DNA of 64,000 nt from Ramazzottius varieornatus (Eukaryota; Animalia; Tardigrada): positions 857,624 through 921,623 of the forward strand of contig BDGG01000009.1 in NCBI GenBank assembly GCA_001949185.1, written 5' to 3'. The translations under genes and the position numbers were made by a program. Below the pieces are notes generated by a model. The model had not been told where the DNA came from, searched no databases, and worked only from the letters and a program-made list of their open reading frames with translations. Shown here piece after piece: positions 38,282-50,038 of the stretch. The stretch's first letter is position 1; each line of letters opens with the position of its first letter.

Positions 38282-40787
38282 ATGGATCTGAGTGACTTGT
38301 ATACGCTGGTACTTCAGGCGGAAAAGCGCATCCGCCCTCACATCGTGGAAACTCCGGTGAGATATAACATGCTGTAATACGTTCTGTATTCGCTCGAAAT
38401 TTTCGCGCAATCACGTGACAATCCCACAATCATTCACTGTAGAGCTGCAGTACCGCGCCTTGCTGAAGTTGCTGGAAGCCAAGAACGTATTGAGGGGGAG
38501 CAAATCTGCGATTGCGGAACTTTTTGGTTTTAAAAATTGCGGATCTGCAAAGTTTGCGATAGCCTTCCGCCTCAATACGTCCTTGCTGGAAGCTAAAACA
38601 CAGCTTCAAGTGGTCGATTGTTTTCGTTGCACAAATATCGAGGCGGAGCGAACACTCCTTACGTCATCGACCATAAAACGAATACAAAAGAAAACTGTAG
38701 CGCCATTATGCGGAAACTCGACTGGTTCCACAGACGAAATAAAACAAAAAAAGCTCCGTTACCGTTACCATCACCTATGTATTATAAAAAAGATATTCAG
38801 CTGAACAGGAATCGCCTGTGTGTCCGCAAACTGATTCGAATGCGTTTGTTACTGGAAGTCCCTGGTGCTTGTTGGGGACAAGATCTGCAACTGCTTAATC
38901 CTTTCCGTCGAACTCCGACCATCAGCGGCCGACACTTTCCGAACTTTCTGAAATCCCGAAATGTGATAATATGTTTTCTGAGATGCGGGTTAGGGATTCT
39001 GCAATCGATGATTCCTAAAAAGCGGATCATGACTCAATCCCCTCAGTTTTCGGCTGCTTATCGAGAAGAGAATATACAGTATTATACATTTTGCTAAGAC
39101 TCAGTTTGGCAGGTTATCACCAATGAGGAGGTGGACGCTCTATCCGGAAAAACCGTCTACTTCAAGTGTGAAAACCTCCAGAAAACAGGTATCAATTGAA
39201 TGTGCGTTTCTGACGGATCCGGAAGTGCCAAGTACGAAATCCTTCGAGGAATTTTCTATAGTCATATGTATTTTTCTCTTTTCACTTTTTAGGTGTTTTC
39301 AAAGCGCGAGGAGCTCTAAACGCGGTAAGTGTATAGCGATAATGATGCTGACACTTCAATTTACTAACTCTTACAGCCTGCGCGGTGAAGACCCAAACCA
39401 ATTGCGAACCGCGCATTTTAACTTTCTGGTATCCGAATGTTTTTTTCCTTTGAGGTGCTTGCTCATCTCGAAAAGGACCCATCACTGAAGGGTGTGGTAA
39501 GCTCAATGTTTTTAGTATCCTGCGAAGAGCCTGAATGACTAGTTGATCTCACAGGTGACGCACAGTAGCGGAAACCACGGACAAGCTCTTGCATGGTGAG
39601 GCATTGCTTTTCTTATGGCTACCTTGATCGGTTGTCAAACATATCTTATCTCTGAGCTTTCTGATAGGGCTGCGAAGCGCTGCGGGATCGCTTGCACGGT
39701 CGTGGTACCGGAAGGCACTCCGTCAGCTAAGGTCTGCCTGATCGAGAAGTATGGCGCCACCGTCGTCTTCTGCGAGCCAACTCCCACAGCCAGGTTCGCC
39801 GCCGACCGTTTGACTCGACTTGGCTAATATCAGTGTAGTAACGGACCGTAACTTTACAGGAAGGAAACGTGCGCTAGAATTTCAAAAGAGGAAGGAAAAG
39901 TGGAAGTACCACCCTATGACGACCTCCTCGTTATTGCCGGACAAGGCACGGTAAGTACCCAACTACCCCACTTCTCGTTGTAATACACAAAACCATCGAA
40001 ACCCTATGCGAGATACCGATATGTGGGGCAAACAAACTCAGCAAGATCGTTTTCCGAAGTGACGCACGCTTGCAGTGTTACAAGCTGGGGGCGTGCGTCA
40101 CTTGGAAAAACCATCTGGTTGAATTTGTCTGCCGAGAACCGAAATTTCATCATGGTCTTTCGTATACTGTTTAGATGGCCCTGGAGTTCTTCCATCAAGC
40201 CGATGTGGACATGGTTCTCGTGCCGATATCTGGTGGCGGAATGGTAAGTCTAAGGTCGAAATTGTTTACTCCGGGTCTGCCAATCACTTTTCGATAGACT
40301 AGTGGGATATCCATCGTTGCGGCAAGGGACTACCCAAAGATAGAAGGTACGTGACATGAGCGCTCAGACTGTCGTGTGGAAAATGTGTCGAGATATTAGA
40401 AAGTGAAAAGTGTTGTTTACAGTTTGCGCCGTGCAGCCTGAAGGCAAAGATTTGGAGCAGTCGTTGAGAGCCGAGAAGCGATTATGGCCTAACCCTCCCA
40501 AGTTCTTGCCAACTATCGCGGAGGGTATCCGGATACAACAAGTCGGCGACGTAACCTTCCCTATCATGTGCAAGTACGCGTCAAAGAAGGTGTGGACTGT
40601 CACGGATGAGCAGATGGTTGCGGCGATGAAGTTCGTGTGGGAAAACCTCAAGATGGTGATCGAGGTTAGTAGCGCTCCTGGCGTAGCCGTAGTCTTGTCC
40701 GAAGAGTTCAAAAGACATCCCGTAAAAAGGGTGGGAGTGGTACTTTGTGGAGGTAACTGTTCCATTGAACAGCTCCTATGGCAATAA
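38282..40787 (+). CDS. SRR: Serine racemase (PLP fold-type II racemase/dehydratase family), multi-exon
   Basis: MDLSDL...AEKRIRPHIVETP; YFKCENLQKTG|VFKARGALNA (PLP lysine); VTHSSGNHGQALAW (Ser at the racemase-type position rather than ASAGNH); IAGQGT; VPISGGGM; VVLCGGN. Confidence 0.88.
38480..38585. mobile_element. 106-bp MITE with ~19-bp TIR and 8-bp target-site duplication (hAT- or P-type signature)
   Basis: Left end CAAGAACGTATTGAGGGGG; reverse complement of right end CAAGGACGTATTGAGGCGG. CTGGAAGC is duplicated at 38472-38479 and 38586-38593. Lies in serine racemase intron 1. Confidence 0.8.
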
Positions 40788-41093
40788 AACTGTTTCCCGA
40801 TCTCTGTTCTCGGATGTTTCCCGGTCTAATACTCATAACCAATAAATAATAATTTATTTGGACTGTGATTTCAAAAGATGAAAGCCTCGAAGCATTCACT
40901 CATCGCGGAAAAGCGACTCGGACTGCACTAAATTTCAGTCACTTATTCGAAATTAAACTCGTTTTCGTACTGAGAAAACAACGGAAACGGAAGCTGGGGA
41001 TATGTTACTGACCAACTTGAAAAGAGATAGTAATACTTTGTGAAGGAAGTTCGCACGCGAAAGATTTACAACAATCAAAACTGAGGGTTCCAG

Positions 41094-41866
41094 TCAGATA
41101 AGGCTTTTTAATATATAAGACACCTTTTCCGGCGATTTCTCTTTGATGTCTTCCGGGTTCGACCGTAGGTCTCTGTCCAGTTCGGGTGGCAGAAACAGGT
41201 TGGGAAGTGGGTAATGCATCTCCGCTGTTCCCTTGTCGTTCACTGAAACAGAAGGACGACGTTAGAACGTTGTCATTTAGCGAGATGTCGGCAGATGAAT
41301 TCACCTAGAGCGTTTTTCCAAGTGGCGCACTCTGTCAGCAAATAGCAGTGGAAATGTGCACCACTTGAGAAAATGATCTGGTCGAGTTTGTTTGCGGAAG
41401 TGGCGCATGTTTGCGTTGTTATTGGTTGATAGCATGCGCCACTTGCAAGTATGATCTGGATGAGATTACATTATTAACGTTGCTAAATTTTGGCAACGTC
41501 CCAAGTTTTGCTGGATATTAACGTACGGCATAAGTAGGTGGGACAGCATCGGTCAGAGGAACTCTGGACTTTGTGGCATTGTTGGTCAGTGGGGAGACCT
41601 TCGCGCGAGCAGTACAGTTCGGCACAGAAGATTTTGCCCTCTAGACAGCTGCACAGAGGCTGACAGGGATCCTTGCTGACGATCTCTTCCACATCGTTAC
41701 AGGCTGAAATGAAGTTACGTGATACGTCGTCTTGACATCTCAAAACTCATAAAGAAGATTCAGTTCTTCACTTACGGGTTCCAGGTTGAATTCCTTTGCT
41801 GACCGGCAAAGCTTGAATGCAGGCAAACAACGCCAACAGTGTGAAGAAGCTCACTGAAAAAATCAT
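41094..41866 (-). CDS. Small secreted single-VWC-domain protein, paralogue 3 (3 exons)
   Basis: Signal MIFSVSFFTLLALFACIQA; PCNDVEEIVSKDPCQPLCSCLEGKIFCAELYC...QC...RCCPTYLC; tail LNDKGTAEMHYPLPNLFLPPEL... Confidence 0.82.
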
Positions 41867-42510
41867 GGTCACAATTTTACCGAAAAATAGCTCATACAGT
41901 TACACCAAAAAATCTGATCGCGACAAGAAAGAATCGCCAAGTTATGAAGCCATGAAAGTTTTCAGTGCGAAAACCATAGTTCAAAATAGTTCGCAGTCGT
42001 CAGCCGACGTTTCTGCTTGGCGAACCCTTATATACCCTAATGGTTGTGCGAAGAGGTCTTCCGTCAGCTGGCATGGCTCGATCGACGGTTTGGCAACAGG
42101 CCTGGAAATGATCAGCAAAGCAGAGCGGAGCGTGACAAATGTGCCATTAAGATTCTTCCAATCTTTCAACAGACGTTCATTAGCATAATTTTGGAGGCTC
42201 ATGTAACGAAGCGTCGCGATTGATGAGTCTCGCCCTTTGGGTTCCGGTCCCGAAACGCTGGTATGATGATTGATCTGGCCATCGATCTATCAGCTTCTCG
42301 ATACCAAACACCAAAACTCTGCTCGAATAACGCGGAGATGCTTACACCGGAAAACTTGAACTGACAACAGGGAAGATTAACGCCACACACGTCAAGGTCG
42401 CGTTGCTGTTGAGAAATGTCAAAAAGATTTCGGATGCGGGTTGCGGCTGTCTCTCTAATTTGAACCTGAACTTCCAGTGTGTTCTTCTATGAAGATCACA
42501 GTGCAACAAC

Positions 42511-43576
42511 CAGTGCGTTCACGCCAAGTTAGTGCAACTCTCTTTTACCTCCCGTGAAAAAATTCAGATCTGGTTTATGTCGCAGACCAATGACTGATTT
42601 TTGAGCATCAGTTAATTCTGCCTCTTCTGGGACGAGCTTCGGTTCCGTGATACCAGCTTGCGTTGTGCCAACTTGACCTGAGACGTCGACGCCAGCGAGA
42701 CTTTCGAGGCATGACCAGATAAATTCGCGCACATGCCCACAGTCGAGTTAAATTCCAAGAAACCATTGATGGTCTTGAACGACGACCACTTGTCTACTAG
42801 GTTGTCTGTTGAAATCGGAAAGAGAAATTTGGTATTTAAATCCGAAATGCAATCGACGTTTTCGTCAGAAATTTGCGATTTTACCGGGAAACCTCGTTGT
42901 CTCGAAAAATCATGCTGGCCGCGAAAATCGCCGTAGCACCAAAAACTTGCCCTTTCCAGCTATTCACATGATTCACTTGATCTTGAATGAAGTACCATCA
43001 ATAAAATGAAACTAAGAATTTCTTGAAAAGTGATCAAAACCTATAAAAGTGGGTAAAGGGTGAAATTCAACATGGAGTGCCTGTCCTCCAGAGAAGACCT
43101 TCCTTCCCCAAAATCATAATTTTATAGTGATTGCCAAGGTGCTGTTTCTAATATTAGAACAAAGGTGTCCGTACTTGTGCTGGCCGCATGTTCACTGACA
43201 GAGAAAACATCCGTCTTTAAGAGTAAATCGGTGCCGCACTGCAAAAGCAAGTGGCGGAAGGTGAACAATTGTTTCTCTCTGAAATACAGTGAGTAGGGAG
43301 AATTCGCATGCTGAGTACCGTTGGACGATCCTCACCTGTGATTGAAACTATGTTCTAAACGGAAGTTTCCTTCCTGTCGTGAAAGCTGTTCGAACAAAAG
43401 CTGGCTCAGAAGATGCTCTATCACTGAAAAATACCAGCGGAAAGATACGGGATTTTTTCGACGAGTACTGTAATGCTTCATGAGGGATGTTTCGCGCGTA
43501 TGATGAGTGAAGTTCATGAAGCATTACAGTACAGTTTTTTCTCTAAAAGTTGCACTAACTTGGCGTGAACGCACTG
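42511..43576. mobile_element. Putative non-autonomous DNA transposon (~1.07 kb) with perfect 29-bp terminal inverted repeats
   Basis: CAGTGCGTTCACGCCAAGTTAGTGCAACT at 42511-42539 and its exact reverse complement at 43548-43576. No long internal ORF and no clear TSD. Confidence 0.7.
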
Positions 43577-44545
43577 AAGTATAATTTGTCGCTCCGAAGA
43601 GCTTCTGTCGTCGAAAAGTAGGAAGGTTGGACCGCGCAGGACGGATGTTCCACACATTACAACTAGGCTTCCAAAGGTGCGCAGTGGGTACTTAGCGCTA
43701 TCGCGCATCGAATAACAGTTCACTCTCGTCATTAGAGTTCCAACTATAGATTATTGGCAAATTGGCAATACGGAAGGAAGAATGGATGAGAAGGCAGTGA
43801 CGAAGGGATCGATCATGTTTACTTTAGAGAACATCCCTTTGTCCAGCTTCGAGAGTTGTACGGAAGGTACTCGAGTTTTTTTGTGGCCCCTGAAATATAA
43901 ACGAACAGGCAGGCGTAATCATGGATGGGGTGTTCTAATTCTCTCTGTACTACACCTCGTTTCCTTTGATCCCAGCCTCTAGAAACACAGAAGCTGAGTA
44001 TTTGTGGTGGAACTTTGCTGCAAAAAGAGTCTTCTTATCGTTGGGTCCTTCCGGCAGTTTTTGTCATCCCCCGCAACGGTATAGGCCAGTAACCACACGA
44101 CGCCGTCCGCTCATCTAAAACCCTGACCGTATAGTAGAACGTCTGAACGAGGCCGCTCTGAAGAACGAATTTTGAATGATGCGGGACTGAACGACCCCCA
44201 GTTTCGAGCGCCAGTCCGTGGGGAAAATCTGGCTGGTGAGAATAGCTGGAATTTTTATTGATCCATTAGCGAATGCTATTTCTACCATACGTTTATACCT
44301 GCTGGTGACAGGAGGAAGCTGTTGAGCAGGCGGTGACGTCAGGTCCACCGACTGAAGCGGGCGATGACAGTCCGACCTATCGATCTGAGTGGCGCACCTG
44401 GGCATGGGCATGCAGAGAAGAAGCTCAGCTCGATCCTTCAGATATTCATTCCTGTTGGGGACCATCGATTTGAATATCGTAAGTTTTTCTTTGTCATGAG
44501 CAGCTGTGCACTCCTACCTTTATTTACTTAGATTCGGGATCAGCC

Positions 44546-46422
44546 ATGTTGTGGCAGGACAAGGACATCCGGCTGGACTGCAGCAAAGAGTAGGTGGCAT
44601 TTCCCGTCGACTCATATGTCAAATCCTCACACTGTATCTGGTGAAGCGTTGCCTTTCCTTTCTAAATGAGCAAGCACGTTTCGTAGGCAGCTGAAGCTTC
44701 GTAATGGAGAATCGCTACTGGACAAACTGGACTCGATCGAAGATACCAAAGCAAACACCGGCGAAAGAGGTTTGAATGCAGGCCACAGGCTCACCTTAGC
44801 TGGACTCTCCCATCTCGGCACGAGCTTCCATGTACGAAATCAAAGCCAGTTGTATTTTGCAGGGACATTATACGTTTCCAATTTACGCCTCATCTGGATC
44901 TCCAGCCAGCTAGCCAGAGTGAACATCTGTAAGTTATCTTCCTCATTTTCTTTTTATGTGAAATTTGACGTGATTGCTGGTCTAGCTCTGGGATACAACT
45001 GCATCAGCAATGTATCCATCCGAAGTACCGTCTCGGTGAGTAAGTTGTGAGGTCCACAGCGTTGTTGTTTCTGTGATCCTGTCACATAAGTTTTGCTATA
45101 TTTGTAGAAATTACGGGGACATGTCGAATCACTATACATCTACGCCAAATGCGCCACTGCGCGCTTCGAGTTCATTTTCTCCTCTCTGGTATGTCCGAGT
45201 GTTGGCCGACCTTCTTCAATTCTACCCAGTTTGCCGGACTTTTCGATGACAGATTCCGGGTTCGGTCAGACTGTACGCGGTGGTCAATTCAGTCTTCCGG
45301 TACGATGCAGATAGGTGGCCTGTATCGTGTCTGTACGTGCAACAAGGCTATGTTGACCGCAGGGCCTACGACTCTTCCCGACTGTACCGCGAAATCAAAC
45401 TGCGAGGGGCCGTGGTCGAAGGGTCCTCGCTGAAACTTCTGCCTGACGAACAACTGGTGGAACAGGTGGAAGGGGTGTTCAACTTGACCAGCGACACCGG
45501 CGTCCTCGGCGGACTCTTCATTACCAATGTCCGCATAGTGTGGTACTCCGCACTGAACGACAACTATAACATCAGTGTTCCCTTTCTTGCGATGGTATGT
45601 TTCTCGCGACAAGTTTTAGTACCTTCAATAATTGTTTTGTCGCACGAGTCTGAGAGACGGGCAGACGAGAGGTACATTATTTTCATCTCGAATGGCGCAC
45701 GTTGTTGGTCAATAATAACGACAACATGCGCCACTCCGGGAACTTAGCAACAACGTAATTCGAACTGGCGCACGCTGCGGCTAATAACAATGAAAAAGTG
45801 CGCCACTTGAGGTACGTTTCAAGATGAAAATCGTTTGCGAAACGTCCCGTTTTGACGTGTCAGATCCTCTTACAGAAAACGATCCGGGCCAACCAAACCA
45901 AATACGGCGCCGCAATGGTCATCGAGTCATTTACGGACGGATCGACCTGCAACCTAGGCTTCCGAATCGACCCTCCAGAGAAACTTCAGAGTACCTTGAA
46001 GAAGATCCAGAACCTGCATACCCTGTTCTCTAAATCACCCATCTTCGGACTACGGGAACTTCGCGCCGACCAGGCAAGTTACTGTACTTTCTTTTCAACG
46101 TGCAAGTTGGACGTTCTACCCTACGAGGTGTGATCTTTAAAGGCACCACAAGCAGTACCGGAAGTTCTCAAGGATACACCCGGCAGTACCACAGGTTTCG
46201 AAGCGGTACCAAAGGTGGACGCCTTAGCGGTAAGTCGATATTCTTACAGCAAAAACTAAATTCTGTGCTGCTGGGTTTTCATAACATCTTTGTCCTTAGA
46301 TGTACTATATTGATGGCGGGAACAAACAGGACCGCAAAATCGTGTTTTCAAAAGAGATTGGTCTCGCCATCGAAGAACCGCCGAATGGAATGACTCTGGC
46401 AGACCTGTGGAACCCACTGTGA
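44546..46422 (+). CDS. BBS5: Bardet-Biedl syndrome 5 protein (BBSome subunit), multi-exon
   Basis: MLWQDKDIRLD; LDKLDSIEDTKANTGERG; LYVSNLRLIW; LGYNCISN; RAYDSSRLYREIKLRGA...EGVFNLTSDTGVLGGLFITNVRIVW; TKYGAAMVIES; LGFRIDPPEKL; PIFG; EIGLAIEEPPNGMTLADLW. Confidence 0.93.
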
Positions 46423-47792
46423 AATTTGTCTTTGGACCCGTGTACTGTCCCCTTTCAGATTTTCTGAAAAGACCTCTTTTTCTCGTCGGATGGAACGACC
46501 AATGCAGGGCCGGTGCGAAGTTTCCTCTCTGTGATCACACACAGTCTGGAACGAGGGAATAACTTCTGTAAATGTGGACTTCCCCAAAGTGCCGCTCTGC
46601 TAAAATTAGATTTCGCGTGCTGAAAGATGCCTTGAATTTGTCACGAGTTGCTTGCCGTACAAAAGAAGATAAGTGTTTGTCAGACAGCTTTACGGCGCCG
46701 TCACGACAGGAATGACGTGGTGGGGGAGGTGCAGAAAAAAATTCTAGAGCAGTGGTCGACCATGTCGGATATCAGACTTGGTGATTGATGGTCGCACTGG
46801 TGTCATGAGACCTTCATTGCATCAGCTGCATCGTGTTAGCGGTTCCCTGACACATTTTGGTTCGCTGGACCTCTGGGACCCAGGCGGACCTATACGTAAT
46901 CATAGTCAACTTCCGGCATGCAGTATTCCGTTGCAGCCGGCAGCACCCCTGCTTTCGTCCGCCAAGTTCACGTTTTTATTGAGCCACAGTTACAAAATTA
47001 CAGAAAGAGAGCGCGATAAACAAATTCAATCAGATCGGTTTTCAAAGTAGCGCACGTTTTTACTGTTGGCAGGAAACGTGCGCCACTTGGGAGAGCGATC
47101 TGGCTGAGTTTGTTGACCGAGCTCTCAAATCATGTTAAAATATCCTCAAATTGGATTCAGTTGGACGCGAATGGGTCTCTGAACAAATATGCAAGCGGTC
47201 CGTAGATTGTCATGACAGTGTCAGTTAAGATAATCTAATGAAATGATTTATCTGCTCCTGGAAGTGCGACCGCATAAATCAAGAAGCCCTCAGCCATAAT
47301 TGAATAGCTTACTAATTATCCGGGACCATTTTAGTTTCTCGTTTGCTATTCTAAAATCTCGTGGTGGTGTACGTGGGAGTTTCTCGAAGTAGCGGGGCAA
47401 CATTGTCATTTATGGTTATCCATCTTGGAAGATGCAAAGCCCGGTGAGTCAGAAGACCGACACAGGAATCGGCGCCAAATCGTGTCACACTCGCTTTATT
47501 TTTGACCAAGTCTGTGTGGGCAGCTGTCACTTTCAGCATTATTTTGCTATAAATTCCGACCAACGAAGCAGCCCGCGGAACATAATTAAAGTCTTTTGTG
47601 CTTTCGCAATCATTCTCTTCCTTCAAATAAACCCACCAGTCAAAATCATCTGATTTCGTGTGGACTTTCGGTGTTTCTTGCAACTGGATCGTCCTTGTCC
47701 GGATATTTAAACTTTGACCTGCTATTTCCGTGTTCTCCTGAAGGTATATTTCTCGTTGTTAACGGCGTTTCTCGTTTGCAAGATGCGTAGGT

Positions 47793-47977
47793 CAGTAGAC
47801 GAAGCGTACTAGATCGTTTTCCCGAGTGGCGCACATTTCCAGCTGATATTACTGAAACAGTGCGCCACTTGGGAAAACAGTCATATCGAGCTTGCATGCC
47901 GAAGTGGTGCACGTTCTCACTGCGACCAAGTGAGCCCCGTCGAAAATCGGTCTTGTGCAGATTTGTTTGCCCAGCTT
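47793..47977. repeat. Palindromic element, two-core copy (intergenic)
   Basis: gagtggcgcac-atttccagctgatattactgaaaca-gtgcgccactt followed by a decayed second core. Confidence 0.85.
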
Positions 47978-48700
47978 CCAAACGTCTTTCTCGCCTGCTT
48001 GGCGAGCGACATATCTTGACCCTAAGTAGCTATCAAGCCATTACGGCGTATTGCATGCGGATTTCCGTCGGCAACCAAAGTGAATCCTGGGGAGCCGATA
48101 AGTGGTTTGATATGACGCAAACCGTCACAAAGCATCCTGCCTGTCAGTCTGTGGGGAGCCAACTATGGACAAAAACATTCAATAAGAGGTGGCCGCAGTG
48201 GCATGCATCACAATCATTTTGTTATCCCTTCCCATAAGTTGCAAAGGATAACTACTGGGTGAGCCTGACCCGCTGGGCCAGTTCCGTGCCCACCGCGTCG
48301 GTTACGTACCTACGAAGCCAAAGCTAGGGAATAAAAACTGACGCAGACAGAGTCTTGTCAACTTACGTGTCAGATTCATCATTGCTTCTCCCCTAGTCTG
48401 AGCTTAACTCTCAATATCCCCCCAATCCTTAGATAACTTGATCGTTATTTCTCCCGCAAAATTTACGTCAGAGTATACTAAGTCTCTAGTCTAAACTGCG
48501 TATCAATCTAAAAAATCTTTGCAGTTCCCAACAAGGAAGTACTCCACCGGAAGCTAGCGGGGTTTGAGCCATTCTTAAGCATCTGCCACAGCTCGGTCTT
48601 TTTTGTGGATCTTTACTGCGCTTCAGTCGACCCTGATCTTCTCTCGCTCCGAGGACTTCTTTGAATTCTCCGAGGAGCAGAGCGTACCTGCCTGTTGACG

Positions 48701-49382
48701 ATGAAGCCCGAGGTGGCATACTTCCTGGTGTCCGTTTGCCTGGTCCTTTGTCTTTCACAACATTCCCTTGCCGCGCCGGTCTCCGGAAAGAAAATGCTGA
48801 GTGGAATTTCGATATGCATAAGTAAGTCGGGCATTTCCTACTTTTAACATTGTGACGGGCTTCCGGGTTTCTGCATCACATAGCTGACTGTCTTTTGCCT
48901 TCTTGCAGCCAACTGCGCACAATGCCATGACCTGGTGGGAGATATTTTCGATCACCGGCAGTGCAGCCGCGACTGCGTGAAGAGGAAGGGACTTCAACTA
49001 CCAGACTGCACGAACCCTATGGTAAATTCATTACGTTCTTCTTTTTCTGATACTTCCCGCGATACGCCTGAGACTTAGGTTTAGACGCTCGGAAAGATTA
49101 GCTATACCAAGTAGCGCACGCTTCCAGCCTACAACACTCGGAGCGTGCGCCGCTTTGAGAAACAGTCAAACTCGACCAGATCGTTCTCTGAAGTGCCGCA
49201 CACTTCCAGACAATATTACTGACAAAGTCAGCCGCTTAGAAACAACTGAGTCTTTTCGCCGCGCCTCGAGTTACTGTACAACAGAATCTAACGTTAGGAG
49301 GAAAAAAATCTGATTACACCTCCTGCTCTTACAGTCGATCAAGGAATACCTGAATTTGAAAGTCCCCATGAATCCGGAATAA
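48701..49382 (+). CDS. Eh: Eclosion hormone-like prepropeptide, paralogue C (3 exons)
   Basis: Exons 48701-48821, 48909-49021 and ~49335-49382 give MKPEVAYFLVSVCLVLCLSQHSLAAPVSGKKMLSGISICITNCAQCHDLVGDIFDHRQCSRDCVKRKGLQLPDCTNPMSIKEYLNLKVPMNPE*. Absent from the ORF track because all exons are short. Confidence 0.9.
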
Positions 49383-50038
49383 CCATCGACAACGCGACGT
49401 TGCACGATTACACCGAAGAGTTTCCGAAGACATTCCTGGAAGGCTGGTTGGGCTGCTCACCTGCACGAGCAATGGCTGTTGGCTGAATACGCTAGGAAAA
49501 GTTCGGCTTCACTGATTTTTTTATAATTTACTTCGAGGCTGGTTTATGGTAGACTGTTGAAAAAAATCTGCCCTTTAGAAGTTATTGGGACTTTGTTGAT
49601 GTCGAGATTTCTTTCAGCAATAGGAATATTCGCACGATTTTGTTTTTCTCTCCACACTCTCTGTCGATCACATTCCCAGCTGACGCAAATTAAAATGCTT
49701 GCTGTTTCTCAAAATGTTTACACCACATGCAATGAGTTTTCTGGTAGTCCTCAAAGAAAATTTCATTTGACGGAGGTCAAAAGAATGCCCTCCCAGAAGC
49801 TTTTGGACTTAATTGCTTCAGACAGCCATCTTTACCCGCTCGAGCTGGCTAGATAGCGTCACAGTTCTTACAGCTAATCCATACTTCTTGATGCAATCCA
49901 TGCTTACGCACCACTGGATCCAGCCAGCACTTTTCCGGTTGACTGCATGGACCTAAAATACTCCAGCTCAAACTTACGCCGGAGATTATGCCTTGATTAA
50001 AATCTAAGTTATCAAGAGAGCCTACTCACTCTCGGAAA

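Noticed and set aside
44115-44465. 116-aa minus-strand ORF upstream of BBS5
   Set aside because: No recognisable domain and I could not build a spliced model; left unannotated.
47351-47790. ORF with 'DFDWWVYLKEE' faintly like the Tc1/mariner D-F-x-LWGYLK motif
   Set aside because: The similarity is too short and no TIRs or other catalytic motifs were found.
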